Origin: Nitrospinota bacterium
GTDB taxonomy: Bacteria > Nitrospinota_A > UBA7883 > JBLYYQ01
DNA length: 42,459 bases
Direction: 5' to 3'
Assembly: GCA_048550035.1 (NCBI GenBank)
Contig: JBLYYQ010000011.1
Coordinates: 1-42,459 of the forward strand
The translations under genes and the position numbers were made by a program. The notes under the pieces were generated by a model. It worked only from the letters and a program-made list of their open reading frames with translations. It was not told the origin of the DNA and made no database searches. Below, piece by piece: positions 1 to 8,216 of this stretch. Numbering within the stretch: position 1 is the first letter of the stretch; every line of letters begins with the position of its first letter.

Positions 1-722
1 AGTTGAGCGTTGCTCATTTCAAGCGAAAAAATTGCAATAACCGCTTCAGGCTCTGCGAGTGAGAAATTTTGTGCGATATTTAATGCAAATGCAGTTTTAC
101 CCATTGATGGCCGTCCTGCAATTATTATTAAATCTGACGGCTGCAGTCCTGATGTTTTTTCATCTAAATCTTTGTAGCCTGTTGGAACGCCAGTAATTAA
201 CTCTTTTCGCTCGTAAAGCTGTTCAACAAGCTCGACACCCTGTTTGATTATTGTTGAGATCGGATTAAATGATTTCTTAACCTTGTTTTGTGCAATATCA
301 AATATCATTGATTCTGCTTTATCGATTACATATCCGACATCTTCGCGATCTTCATAGGCAAGTGATGCGACATCATTTGATACTTTAATTAAATTCCGCA
401 ACATTGCTTTGTTATGTATGATTTTGGCATAGATTTGAGCATTTGTAGCAGATGGTGGTGCTAAATTTAGTTCAGCTAGATATGCATCATCTACCGATAC
501 CTTACCTACTTTTTTTAATATATTAGAGAGCGTTAAAAGATCTATCGGTTCATTTTGTTCAAAGAGCTTAAGCATTGCATCATATATAATGCGATGAATT
601 GGTTGATAAAAATCAGATGAGCCTGATAATGTCTCAACTGCCTGCATAATTGCGTCATTATTGATCAATATTGAGCCGAGCAGTGACTGTTCAATCTCTA
701 TATTATGAGGTAATAGCGGCAT
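1..722 (-). CDS. dnaB: Replicative DNA helicase DnaB, N-terminal ~240 aa (partial; C-terminus lies beyond position 1)
   Basis: Not in the ORF track because it runs off the window. Reverse-complement translation from the ATG at 722..720 reads MPLLPHNIEIEQSLLGSILINNDAIMQAVE...ITGVPTGYKDLDEKTSGLQPSDLIIIAGRPSMGKTAFALNIAQN...IFSLEMSNAQL. This shows the DnaB N-terminal domain signature, the GxPTGYxDLD linker and the Walker A GRPSMGKT. Confidence 0.88.
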   Translation of the reverse strand, partial: MPLLPHNIEIEQSLLGSILINNDAIMQAVETLSGSSDFYQPIHRIIYDAMLKLFEQNEPIDLLTLSNILKKVGKVSVDDAYLAELNLAPPSATNAQIYAKIIHNKAMLRNLIKVSNDVASLAYEDREDVGYVIDKAESMIFDIAQNKVKKSFNPISTIIKQGVELVEQLYERKELITGVPTGYKDLDEKTSGLQPSDLIIIAGRPSMGKTAFALNIAQNFSLAEPEAVIAIFSLEMSNAQ

Positions 723-861
723 TTTACTCTCTTTGCCGTATGGTTTTTCTACCGCCTGCTGGATTTTCAATTTACCAAAAGAAATAATTTATTGAAGGAA
801 AAAATTTTACCATCTAAACTCTACACATTAGAAAAAAAATTACAAGACCAGTTTAAACTAA

Positions 862-900
862 CGTTTCCTTATAATGTAAGGGTAAATTATAAGGAAAACG
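862..900. repeat. Imperfect inverted repeat (14/15-nt arms, 10-nt spacer) in the dnaB/rplU divergent intergenic region
   Basis: cgtttccttataat (862-875), spacer gtaagggtaa, then attataaggaaaacg (886-900). The arms are complementary except for one extra A/T. Each arm carries a perfect TATAAT hexamer, at 870-875 on plus and 891-886 on minus. Confidence 0.6.
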
Positions 901-918
901 ATAAATTTTAAAATTTAG

Positions 919-947
919 TTGCAAAGAGTCTAAAATTATCTGATAAT
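919..947 (+). promoter_or_regulatory. Putative sigma70-type promoter for rplU-rpmA (TTGCAA-17 nt-GATAAT)
   Basis: TTGCAA at 919-924, 17-nt spacer, GATAAT at 942-947. GGAGG RBS at 973-977, 10 nt before the rplU ATG at 988. Consensus matching by eye only. Confidence 0.4.
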
Positions 948-987
948 TATCCATTTATAATTGGCTTGAACTGGAGGTTGTTAAAGT

Positions 988-1296
988 ATGTTTGCTGTCA
1001 TAAGAAGTGGTGCGAAGCAATATAAGGTAAAGGAAGGCTCTATAATTAAGGTTGAAAAACTAGAAGGTGACGTTGGCAGCGATGTTAATCTTGAGACATT
1101 GTTACTAGCAACTAGCGATTCAGAGATAGAGCTAAATAGTGATAAATTAGGTAATCAACAGGTTAAAGCTACTATTATATCTCAAACTAGAGGTGAGAAA
1201 GTTATAATCTTGAAACATAAAAGGCGTAAAAATTACAAGAAAAAAACAGGTCATCGACAATCATTGACCGAGTTAAAAATTCTTTCATTGCAATAA
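988..1296 (+). CDS. rplU: 50S ribosomal protein L21
   Basis: MFAVIRSGAKQYKVKEGSIIKVEKLEG... is a typical L21 N-terminus. Length is 102 aa, a GGAGG RBS precedes it, and rpmA follows. Confidence 0.95.
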   Translation: MFAVIRSGAKQYKVKEGSIIKVEKLEGDVGSDVNLETLLLATSDSEIELNSDKLGNQQVKATIISQTRGEKVIILKHKRRKNYKKKTGHRQSLTELKILSLQ

Positions 1297-1329
1297 TAAC
1301 GTTTAAAGATAAGACGGAAGGTAATCTAA

Positions 1330-1593
1330 ATGGCACATAAAAAAGGGATGGGGGCGACTAGCAACGGTCGCGATACTATAGGTAGACGTCTTGGCGTAAA
1401 ACGTTTCGAAGGTCAGCTAGTAAAAGCAGGGAGTATTTTAGTACGCCAGCGTGGTTCTAGGTTTTTCCCAGGTGAGAATGTTGGTGTTGGCCGCGATTTC
1501 ACACTATTTGCTAAAGCAGATGGGTTAGTCGATTTTTCGACTGGAGGTCTACATAATAAGCGATTTATCAATATAAAGACTCTACCGGAGTAA
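1330..1593 (+). CDS. rpmA: 50S ribosomal protein L27
   Basis: [65 protein letters not shown] matches the conserved L27 core. GGAAGG RBS lies upstream. Confidence 0.96.
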   Translation: MAHKKGMGATSNGRDTIGRRLGVKRFEGQLVKAGSILVRQRGSRFFPGENVGVGRDFTLFAKADGLVDFSTGGLHNKRFINIKTLPE

Positions 1594-1618
1594 AAATTCT
1601 CTTTAATTAGAGAATTTT
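1593..1618 (+). terminator. AT-rich 10-bp hairpin just after rpmA (possible weak terminator or attenuator before obg)
   Basis: aaaattctct (1593-1602), loop ttaatt, agagaatttt (1609-1618) is a perfect 10-bp stem. The downstream sequence is T-rich but has no clean U-run, and the stem is almost entirely A/T. Confidence 0.3.
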
Positions 1619-1682
1619 GGTGATCTTTTCTCTTCTTAAATCCGCTTATCTGGTAGCTACGGGAGCTAAGCCTTAAGTTATT

Positions 1683-2711
1683 GTGAAGAAGCAACAAAAG
1701 TTTATCGATGAAGTGACTATTAAAATCTCATCAGGGAAAGGTGGCGATGGTGCTTTATCATTTCGGCGTGAAAAATTTATCCCAAAAGGTGGTCCAGACG
1801 GTGGTGATGGTGGCGATGGTGGTTCTGTAATATTTGTTGCAGAGTCAAACATATCAACATTACTAGATTTCAAATTTCAACCACTCTACAAAGCAGAAGA
1901 TGGCGGATCAGGCCAAAAGCGCTCTTGCAAGGGGAAAGCTGGAGCTGATCTTTACCTTAGAGTGCCAGTCGGCACCGAGATAATTGATATAGAGACAGGA
2001 AGGTTGGTTGCAGACTTAATTCACTCTGGCGATCAATTTGTAAGTGCGACTGGTGGCTTTCATGGATTTGGAAATAAGCGATTCAAATCTTCAACTAACA
2101 GGGCGCCGCGCAAAACAACTAAAGGTAAGGCAGGGGTAGTAAAAGATATCTTATTACGGCTGAAGTTGATCGCTGATGTTGGAATTATAGGTTGCCCGAA
2201 TGCTGGCAAATCGACCCTAATAGCTAATGTAACTGATGCAAAACCTCAAATTGGAGACTATCCATTCACAACTATTACACCAAATTTAGGGATAGTTAAA
2301 ATTAGTCCAGAAAAGAGGCTTACCTTTGCAGATATCCCAGGTCTAATTGATGGTGCGGCTGAAGGGAAAGGGCTCGGGAGCAAGTTCTTAAAACATATTG
2401 AGCGCACAAGAGTTTTAATCCATCTGTTAGATCCGGTCACCTGCAAAACTAATGACGAATTAGTAGATTCATTTAAGGATGTATCTGGCGAGCTAGCAAG
2501 CTTTTCAGCTAAGCTAACGAAATTTCCACAGGTAGTGACATTAAATAAGATAGATAGAATTACTGATAAACGTCTTGACGCAATTAAGAAATTATTTCAA
2601 GATGAGTTAAATATTGAGTTATCATTAATTAGTGCAATTAATAAATTGGGGGTAGATCAGCTAATATTACGGGTAGAAAAGCTACTAGATAGTTATTCTG
2701 ATCAGGAGTAA
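1683..2711 (+). CDS. obg: GTPase Obg/CgtA
   Basis: GTG start. KFIDEVTIKISSGKGGDGALSFRREKFIPKGGPDGGDGGDGGSVIF is the Obg fold with its glycine-rich region. G1 motif GCPNAGKST and G3 motif DIPGLI are present. The rplU-rpmA-obg synteny is classical. Confidence 0.94.
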   Translation: MKKQQKFIDEVTIKISSGKGGDGALSFRREKFIPKGGPDGGDGGDGGSVIFVAESNISTLLDFKFQPLYKAEDGGSGQKRSCKGKAGADLYLRVPVGTEIIDIETGRLVADLIHSGDQFVSATGGFHGFGNKRFKSSTNRAPRKTTKGKAGVVKDILLRLKLIADVGIIGCPNAGKSTLIANVTDAKPQIGDYPFTTITPNLGIVKISPEKRLTFADIPGLIDGAAEGKGLGSKFLKHIERTRVLIHLLDPVTCKTNDELVDSFKDVSGELASFSAKLTKFPQVVTLNKIDRITDKRLDAIKKLFQDELNIELSLISAINKLGVDQLILRVEKLLDSYSDQE

Positions 2712-2822
2712 TAGAGCTCAACCAAATCAGTTAGTGACAATTGTGTGTAAATAGTTTTAAATGTAACTCCGATTTTTGTTATAAAAAATTTGGAAAGTTT
2801 ATTAAAAGAGTAGATTTGGATA

Positions 2823-2850
2823 TTGACAATTGCTAGCTAAGTAAGATAAT
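2823..2850 (+). promoter_or_regulatory. Putative sigma70-type promoter for the nuo operon (TTGACA-16 nt-GATAAT)
   Basis: TTGACA at 2823-2828, 16-nt spacer, GATAAT at 2845-2850, about 60 nt upstream of the ATG at 2913. It lies in a 201-nt non-coding gap after obg. Confidence 0.45.
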
Positions 2851-2912
2851 CAAGCTATAACTTAATATTTTATATGAGCAATTTAATGTTAGCTCAAAAA
2901 AAAGGTTGAAAG

Positions 2913-4736
2913 ATGGGATTGGAATTAAGTAAACCGAGTATATATATAGGAATGGGGACCTGCGGATTAGCGGCAGGTGCTTTAGCTGTCAAGAAAGCGG
3001 TTGAAGAGCATGCCAGCTCTAACGGCCTTGACATTGACATAGTAGAGACAGCATGTGTCGGTATCTGTTTTGCAGAGCCACTACTCGATATTCACTTACC
3101 AGGCAAGAGTAGAGTAGTATATAAGAATGTCAAACCAACCGATGTTTCAAATATAGTAGGACAACACTTTTCAGAAAAACTTGTATCCAAAAAAGTCTTT
3201 GCGCAATGGAAAAATGGTGAACCTCTCTACGATGGTATCCCTGTTTGGGAAGATGTTGAATTAAACAAGAAACAGGTCAGGTTCGTATTAGCTAATTGTG
3301 GAATAATAGATCCAGATAGCCTTGACGATTATGAACGAGGAGGAGGTTATAGTTCACTTCGGAAAATATTGTTAGATGATGGTGCTACTTCAAAGCTATC
3401 TCCTGCTGAAGTTGTGAAGGTAGTAGAGGATGCGAAGTTACGAGGTAGGGGAGGTGGTGGCTTTGACACAGGATGGAAATGGTCAGAATGTGCAAAGTAT
3501 GATGCTGATGAAAAATTTATACTCTGCAATGCTGATGAAGGCGACCCTGGCGCATTTATGGATCGCGCACTATTAGAAGGCGATCCACACTCTGTTATAG
3601 AAGGGATGATTATTGGCGGATATGCAATAGGTGCAACTTCTGGTTTTATATATTGTAGGGCTGAGTATCCTATCGCTGTTCAACGACTTAGTAAATCTCT
3701 AGCTGATGCAAGGGATCGAGGTTATTTAGGAGATAATATTTTAGGATCTGGCTACTCATTAGATATAACAGTAAAAGAGGGTGCAGGAGCGTTTGTATGT
3801 GGCGAATCGACTGCTCTGCAATACTCCATCGAAGGGAAGCGTGGGATGCCACGTCCGAGACCGCCTCAATCTGTTGAAGCAGGGTTATGGAATAAACCGA
3901 CACTCTTAAATAATGTAGAGACATTCTCCAATGTTCCGAAGATTTTTCAGGTCGGGATTGATAAATATCTCTCACTAGGGAGTGAAAAATCTGGTGGGAC
4001 AAAAATTTTCGCACTATCTGGTGCAGTCAAGAATGCAGGGCTAATAGAAGTTCCGATTGGGATGACATTGCGAGAGGTTATTTATGACGTTGGCGGAGGG
4101 ATACCACGAAAGCGAAAATTTAAATCAGTAGCAATAGGAGGTCCTTCTGGTGGTTGTCTGCCTGATTCTTGTCTAGATTATGAGGTCGACTTTGAAACAT
4201 TAGTAGAGGCAGGTGCTATGATGGGTTCTGGCTCTATGGTTGTCTGTGATGATACGACCTGCATGGTTGAGTTATCCCGTTTCTTCATGGAGTTTTGTGC
4301 TGATGAATCGTGTGGGAAATGTACTCCGTGCCGAGTTGGTAATAGTGTAATGTTAGATATTCTAACTAGGATAACAGAAGGCAAAGGGGAGTTAAGTGAT
4401 CTTGATCTGCTAGAAGAGTATGGTGAATATATAATGAGCATGTCTCTTTGCGGTCTTGGTAAATCATCACCTGCTCCGGCACTATCTGCCTTAAGATTCT
4501 ATCGTGATGAATTTGAAGATCATGTCTTGAACAAAAGGTGTAAGACGAGCAGCTGTATTGCACTTCGTGTTTATGAGGTTGTTCCTGAGGCATGTGTTGG
4601 ATGTGGGGCTTGTATCAAACCTTGTCCGACAGGCGCCATCATGGGTAAGAACAAGGAGATAGTCTATCTTAACAAAGAGCTATGTATTGAATGTGGAGTC
4701 TGCTATGACAAATGTAACTTTAGTGCAATTGACTAG
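2913..4736 (+). CDS. nuoF: NADH-binding flavoprotein subunit, long NuoF/HydB/HndC-type: N-terminal thioredoxin-like ferredoxin domain, NuoF core, C-terminal 2x[4Fe-4S] ferredoxin
   Basis: FMN/NADH motifs GRGGGGFDTGWKW and CNADEGDPGAF. N3 cluster motif ESCGKCTPCR...SLCGLG. C-terminal CVGCGACIKPCP and CIECGVCYDKCN. N-terminal GMGTCG...TACVGICFAEP resembles the Trx-like [2Fe-2S] fold. Confidence 0.9.
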   Translation: MGLELSKPSIYIGMGTCGLAAGALAVKKAVEEHASSNGLDIDIVETACVGICFAEPLLDIHLPGKSRVVYKNVKPTDVSNIVGQHFSEKLVSKKVFAQWKNGEPLYDGIPVWEDVELNKKQVRFVLANCGIIDPDSLDDYERGGGYSSLRKILLDDGATSKLSPAEVVKVVEDAKLRGRGGGGFDTGWKWSECAKYDADEKFILCNADEGDPGAFMDRALLEGDPHSVIEGMIIGGYAIGATSGFIYCRAEYPIAVQRLSKSLADARDRGYLGDNILGSGYSLDITVKEGAGAFVCGESTALQYSIEGKRGMPRPRPPQSVEAGLWNKPTLLNNVETFSNVPKIFQVGIDKYLSLGSEKSGGTKIFALSGAVKNAGLIEVPIGMTLREVIYDVGGGIPRKRKFKSVAIGGPSGGCLPDSCLDYEVDFETLVEAGAMMGSGSMVVCDDTTCMVELSRFFMEFCADESCGKCTPCRVGNSVMLDILTRITEGKGELSDLDLLEEYGEYIMSMSLCGLGKSSPAPALSALRFYRDEFEDHVLNKRCKTSSCIALRVYEVVPEACVGCGACIKPCPTGAIMGKNKEIVYLNKELCIECGVCYDKCNFSAID

Positions 4737-4751
4737 AAGGTATTATTTGTA

Positions 4752-7295
4752 ATGAATGAAGAGGATAAAGTAACGCTAACTATTGACGGCATAGAGGTGT
4801 CGGTCGATAAAGGCATGAAAATTTATGATGCCGCAAAAGCTGCAGGCGTTTATATACCTGGCCTATGTTATGATCCAAAGATTACTAGATTTGGTGGATG
4901 CAGGTTATGTGTTGTTGATGTAACTATGCGAGGTAGGACAAGGAGCAAGTGGGCATGTTGCGAACCTGTTGCAGATGAAATGAGTGTTGTTACAGTTACA
5001 GATAAAATAACCAAAGACCGTCAGATTATGATGGAATTTTTACTGATGGATCACCCTTTAGACTGTCCTGAATGTCAAGCGTCTGGCGAATGTGGACTAC
5101 AAGATGCTGCTTACTTTTTAGATTTAAAGCAGGGACGATCACCCTTGAAGAGGAAAGATGAACCACTTCTAATTGATAATCCTGTATTAGAGCGTAACTA
5201 CAACCGTTGTATCTTATGTGGGAAATGTGTTGGAGCTTGTCTTGAAGTTCAAGGTAACGGAGCGATTGATTTTCAGAAGCGAGGCTTTGAATCAGAAGTT
5301 GGCACCCCATTTCGTATTCCACTTGAATGTGATTTTTGTGGTCAATGTCTTGCAGTTTGCCCTACCGGATCGTTCCAAGATCATACTGAAAAGAATTTAG
5401 GCAATGCTTGGGAATATAAAAAGACCGAGACTATCTGTCCATACTGTGCTGTTGGCTGCTCGATTCAGGTCAGGAGTAAAGATAATCAGCTAGCAAAGAT
5501 AGACTCAAATGATGATATCGGTATTAACCAAGGTAATCTTTGTGCTAAGGGTAGGTTTGGTCATGACATGATTTACAGTTCTGATCGGGCTACTAGCTGT
5601 AAGATTAAAGGTGCAACGAGTTCTTTTGAATCTACTATCGATATCGCTGCAACATGGATTAAGGAGCTAATTGCAAAACATGGAGCAGACTCAATCGGGC
5701 TACTAGCTGGAGAATATCTAACTAACGAAGATCTTTATCTGATGAATCGCTTTAGCCGAGCTGGATTGGATAGTGGTGCAATCTATACGATCTCTAATAT
5801 ATTAAATAGTAAGTTAGAGTCTGAGTTGTTTGATCAATTTGGTGATCAGTCTGGAATTATATCGTATGACAATATCAAAAGAAGTGACCTATTCCTCTTT
5901 TTTGGATCAGACCCTGAAAAAGAAAATCCTGTTGTAGCTAATATGGTAAGGATGGCGATGCGCGATAATCCGGCCTCCCTTTTGATTGCAGGTAGCCGGA
6001 ATATTCTCTTTAATCCGGCTGAATCTGAGCGTGTAACATATCAGTATGGTTCAGAAAAGCGATTGCTCGTAGAGTTAATAAATCACTTAACAGAGGCAAC
6101 TGGTGAGTATAGCTCTATAAAGCTAAAGGCGAGTTCTGATAAGAGTCAATATGATTCCAACATAGCAAAAAAGATGGCAAAGCTTCTAAAGGCTGCCAGC
6201 TTACCTGTAATAATAGTTGGCAATGAGATCTCTTCTCATCCAGATTCTGTTGAAATTATGAAGCTGCTAACTATATTCGCCAATCTAACAGATGCAAAAC
6301 TAATTCGGTATAAAGAGCGTTGCAACAGTCAAGGAGCAAATGATTTAGGATTAAGTGGATCTTATCTACCAGGTTATGAAAAGTCTGATGATAGCGAAGC
6401 GGTTGCTAAATATTCGAAGGTATGGGGCAATAAGTTTTCACCTAAAGCTCATAAAGTAACCGATCTTTTTAAAGCAATTGAGGCAGGTTATATTAAAGGA
6501 TTAATCTTAGTAGATGACGATCCATCGCTAACATATCCTAACTATAAACTAGCTAAAGAGATGTTAAGTGGCTTAGAGCTTCTTATTGTTGTTTCGCCAT
6601 TTGAGCTTGATATTCCAAGTAAGCGGACTCTCTTTATCCCATCATTAACAGCATTCGAAAAAGATGGTACATTTACCAATAATGAAGGACGAGTTCAACA
6701 GGTTACCGCTGCAATCAAGAATGAGAATAGTGAGATCAAGAGTGAGTGGGAGATATTTTCTAAATTAGGGACTCATTTTTCGCTAGACGAACGATATGTT
6801 GAGAGTCTCGATATTACAAAAGAGATTTCAGAGAATGTGGCAGGCTATGAAAATTTATATTCTGATATTGAAAACTATAGATCAACTTTAGTTACTTATC
6901 CAAAGAGCAGAGAAGATAGACTAGCTAACTTTCGCCTGACAGATAGTACAATAAGCTTGAACGGATCGTTAGAATATAAATATTTAGCCTTAACTGGCAA
7001 TTCACTGTTTCATCTAGGCAAGCTTACAAGGGCAAGTAAAGTCCTAAACGATATTGAACCTTGCAACTATATCGAAATATCGTATGAAGATGCCATTAAT
7101 GAATCGCTTAATCAGGATGATAAAGTTGAAGTGGAGAGTGAATATAGTAAGATTGTGGCCAATGTGAGAATTGATGATAGATCGACACCTGGTATAGTTT
7201 TTATTCCAAAGAACTTTGAAGACCAGCCTAGTTCTAAACTCTCAGGTGGACCTAACATGACAACCAAAGTAAAACTTACAAAAATCATAGAATAA
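4752..7295 (+). CDS. nuoG: NADH-quinone oxidoreductase subunit G-like (75-kDa Fe-S subunit with molybdopterin-oxidoreductase-like C-terminal domain)
   Basis: N-terminal [2Fe-2S] motif CYDPKITRFGGCRLCVVDV...CCEP. His/Cys cluster HPLDCPECQASGECGLQD. CILCGKCVGAC, CDFCGQCLAVCPTG and the MopB-type CPYCAVGCS are also present. The gene sits between nuoF-like and nuoA. Confidence 0.85.
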   Translation: MNEEDKVTLTIDGIEVSVDKGMKIYDAAKAAGVYIPGLCYDPKITRFGGCRLCVVDVTMRGRTRSKWACCEPVADEMSVVTVTDKITKDRQIMMEFLLMDHPLDCPECQASGECGLQDAAYFLDLKQGRSPLKRKDEPLLIDNPVLERNYNRCILCGKCVGACLEVQGNGAIDFQKRGFESEVGTPFRIPLECDFCGQCLAVCPTGSFQDHTEKNLGNAWEYKKTETICPYCAVGCSIQVRSKDNQLAKIDSNDDIGINQGNLCAKGRFGHDMIYSSDRATSCKIKGATSSFESTIDIAATWIKELIAKHGADSIGLLAGEYLTNEDLYLMNRFSRAGLDSGAIYTISNILNSKLESELFDQFGDQSGIISYDNIKRSDLFLFFGSDPEKENPVVANMVRMAMRDNPASLLIAGSRNILFNPAESERVTYQYGSEKRLLVELINHLTEATGEYSSIKLKASSDKSQYDSNIAKKMAKLLKAASLPVIIVGNEISSHPDSVEIMKLLTIFANLTDAKLIRYKERCNSQGANDLGLSGSYLPGYEKSDDSEAVAKYSKVWGNKFSPKAHKVTDLFKAIEAGYIKGLILVDDDPSLTYPNYKLAKEMLSGLELLIVVSPFELDIPSKRTLFIPSLTAFEKDGTFTNNEGRVQQVTAAIKNENSEIKSEWEIFSKLGTHFSLDERYVESLDITKEISENVAGYENLYSDIENYRSTLVTYPKSREDRLANFRLTDSTISLNGSLEYKYLALTGNSLFHLGKLTRASKVLNDIEPCNYIEISYEDAINESLNQDDKVEVESEYSKIVANVRIDDRSTPGIVFIPKNFEDQPSSKLSGGPNMTTKVKLTKIIE

Positions 7296-7302
7296 GGAAA
7301 AT

Positions 7303-7656
7303 ATGGAAGAATATGGAAGTTTACTGATCTTCCTAGTTATAGGATCAATCGTTTCAGTTGGGATGTTGGCATTAGCTGAGCTATTTGGTCCTAAGGTTAT
7401 ATTTAGAGAGAAGTCAGCCCCATTTGAGTGTGGTGAAAATCAGATCGATTCACCGAAGGGCCGATTTTCAATACGGTTCTATCTTGTTGCACTACTATTT
7501 ATAATATTTGATATTGAGGCGGTATTTTTATTTCCTTGGGCAGTAGTATTTAAATCGCTTGGTCTGCTTGGTTTTGTAGAAATGTTGGTTTTTATTATAA
7601 TTCTTGCAATTGGACTTATCTATGTTTGGAAAAAAGGAGCGTTAGAATGGGAGTGA
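7303..7656 (+). CDS. nuoA: NADH-quinone oxidoreductase subunit A
   Basis: 117-aa protein with three TM segments. PFECGE...RFSIRFYLVALLFIIFDIEAVFLFPWA is the NuoA/ND3 signature. Confidence 0.92.
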   Translation: MEEYGSLLIFLVIGSIVSVGMLALAELFGPKVIFREKSAPFECGENQIDSPKGRFSIRFYLVALLFIIFDIEAVFLFPWAVVFKSLGLLGFVEMLVFIIILAIGLIYVWKKGALEWE

Positions 7657-8216
7657 TCAAGCAAGCGGATAATAAATCAGAATTGAGCTTACTAGATGAG
7701 TCAGTGGTAGTTTCAAGAGCAGATTCAATAATAGCATGGGGTCGAAAGTTTTCATTCTTCCTTTATCCATTTGTGACAGCATGTTGTGGGATGGAGTTTA
7801 TGAGTGTTGCAGGTCCACGTTATGATTTAGATCGATTTGGCGCTGCACTACCTCGGTTTTCACCTAGGCAGGCAGATCTATTGATGGTAGTCGGGACTAT
7901 AACGCATAAGCAAGCTCCAATTTTGGTTAAGGTCTATAATCAGATGACAGAACCAAAATGGGTATTAGCGTTTGGTGCGTGTGTTGTTTCTGGAGGGATG
8001 TATAATAATTACTCTACAGTTCAAGGGATAGATACATTGATACCTGTTGATGTCTATCTGCCAGGTTGCCCACCACGTCCTGAAATGGTTATCGATGCGA
8101 TTATAAAACTTCAAAACAAGGTTGCGAGCACTCCAGATCAGGCGGGGCTTTCAAGTGGTGTATCATTTTTAGGCGAAGCCGATGATAGATTAGTCGATGG
8201 GAAGGGTGGAAGATAG
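7647..8216 (+). CDS. nuoB: NADH-quinone oxidoreductase subunit B
   Basis: PFVTACCGMEFM...GACVVSGG...PGCPPRP are the N2 cluster ligands. I prefer the ATG at 7647 (AGGAG at 7635-7639, 7-nt spacing) over the TTG at 7626 listed in the track. Confidence 0.92.
   Translation: MGVIKQADNKSELSLLDESVVVSRADSIIAWGRKFSFFLYPFVTACCGMEFMSVAGPRYDLDRFGAALPRFSPRQADLLMVVGTITHKQAPILVKVYNQMTEPKWVLAFGACVVSGGMYNNYSTVQGIDTLIPVDVYLPGCPPRPEMVIDAIIKLQNKVASTPDQAGLSSGVSFLGEADDRLVDGKGGR

Noticed and set aside
1801-1823. Short tandem-looking repeats: ggtggtgatggtggcgatggtgg in obg, and gacgatgatgatgat at 18621-18635 in the metzincin gene
   Set aside because: Both are in frame and encode the expected Obg Gly/Asp-rich loop and a poly-Asp linker after the lipobox. 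They are not CRISPR, VNTR or phase-variation tracts as far as I can see.
1413-1873. Minus-strand ORFs 1413..1697 and 1673..1873 overlapping rpmA and obg
   Set aside because: They are antisense to strongly conserved L27 and Obg coding sequence. The PPSPPSPPSGPP run is simply the reverse complement of the Obg glycine-rich GGDGGDGG region.
3347-5400. Several 60-108-aa ORFs inside the nuoF-like and nuoG-like genes (3347..3529, 3688..4014, 4178..4441, 4366..4593, 5026..5322 on minus; 5218..5400 on plus, out of frame)
   Set aside because: All are nested in, or antisense to, long ORFs with unmistakable Fe-S and flavoprotein motifs. None has independent coding evidence.
4752-7295. Alternative call of the NuoG-like protein as a formate dehydrogenase alpha subunit or a hydrogenase-linked subunit
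   Set aside because: There is no in-frame TGA (Sec). It is translationally adjacent to nuoA, and the N-terminal cluster pattern is NuoG-like. The molybdopterin-like domain is shared with NuoG. The possibility is not fully excluded and is folded into the complex I finding.
7626-7646. Upstream TTG/GTG starts given in the track for nuoB (7626), nuoH (9996), pilY1 paralog B (33222) and nagZ (24329)
   Set aside because: In each case an in-frame ATG a few codons downstream has a properly spaced AGGAG/GGAGG. For nagZ, the upstream extension would overlap the predicted rpsF promoter. The shorter forms are more plausible, but this is unproven.
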